Source of the DNA: a virus
IMG/VR virus record: IMGVR_UViG_3300032284_001716
Location: 1 to 64,000 of that record
Reading direction: 5' to 3' (one strand)
DNA: 64,000 nucleotides
Made by a program: the position numbers and the translations under genes. Of this stretch, positions 63,943 through 64,000 are shown in pieces (position 1 is the stretch's first letter; every line of letters begins with the position of its first letter). The notes under the pieces were generated by a model. It saw nothing but the letters and a program-made list of their open reading frames with translations. It made no database searches and had not been told where the DNA came from.

Positions 63943-64000
63943 ATGAATTCAGACCTTGTAAACCTTTATATTGAAAAACTACTATCTGAAGTAACTGAGT
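63943..64000 (+). CDS. Start of hypothetical protein (3' truncated)
   Basis: MNSDLVNLYIEKLLSEVTE… open to window end. Confidence 0.5.
   Translation, partial: MNSDLVNLYIEKLLSEVTE

Overview
64 kb of a large lytic T4-like myophage genome (standard genetic code, dense + strand coding except 31960-40523). The host is very probably an alphaproteobacterium (Hyphomicrobiales-like), inferred from an Omp2/RopA-family porin and an alphaproteobacterial-type two-piece tmRNA. Layout: (1) 1-15 kb accessory and metabolic genes: 3' part of nrdB, an exported nuclease, GIY-YIG and YkuK nucleases each running into a tRNA, cell-wall hydrolases, ClpP, an aminoacyl-tRNA-protein transferase-like gene, a nucleotidyltransferase fusion, glutaredoxin, SpeD, peroxiredoxin and a heptose-nucleotide pathway. 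(2) 15-19 kb: rnh, phoH, exonuclease. (3) 19-29 kb early/hyperplastic island: repeated operator-promoter units, DUF932, permuted tmRNA, tRNA-Arg, porin, PP-loop and radical SAM genes. (4) gp33, gp59, gp32. (5) 32-64 kb: holin, tail and baseplate genes (gp26/gp51, gp54, gp2, gp4, gp48, gp53, hub, split gp5, PAAR, gp25, gp6, gp7, gp8, VrlC-like, fibres). Best candidates for new biology: a phage tagging-and-proteolysis set (two-piece tmRNA + ClpP + ATE/Bpt-like transferase, with two nuclease genes whose stop codons lie inside tRNAs), a -1 frameshift joining gp26 to a start-less gp51, three palindromic operators exactly 36 bp upstream of early promoters, and a heptose pathway with an unusual kinase/nucleotidyltransferase pairing. 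All protein calls come from motif recognition by eye; no database searches were run.
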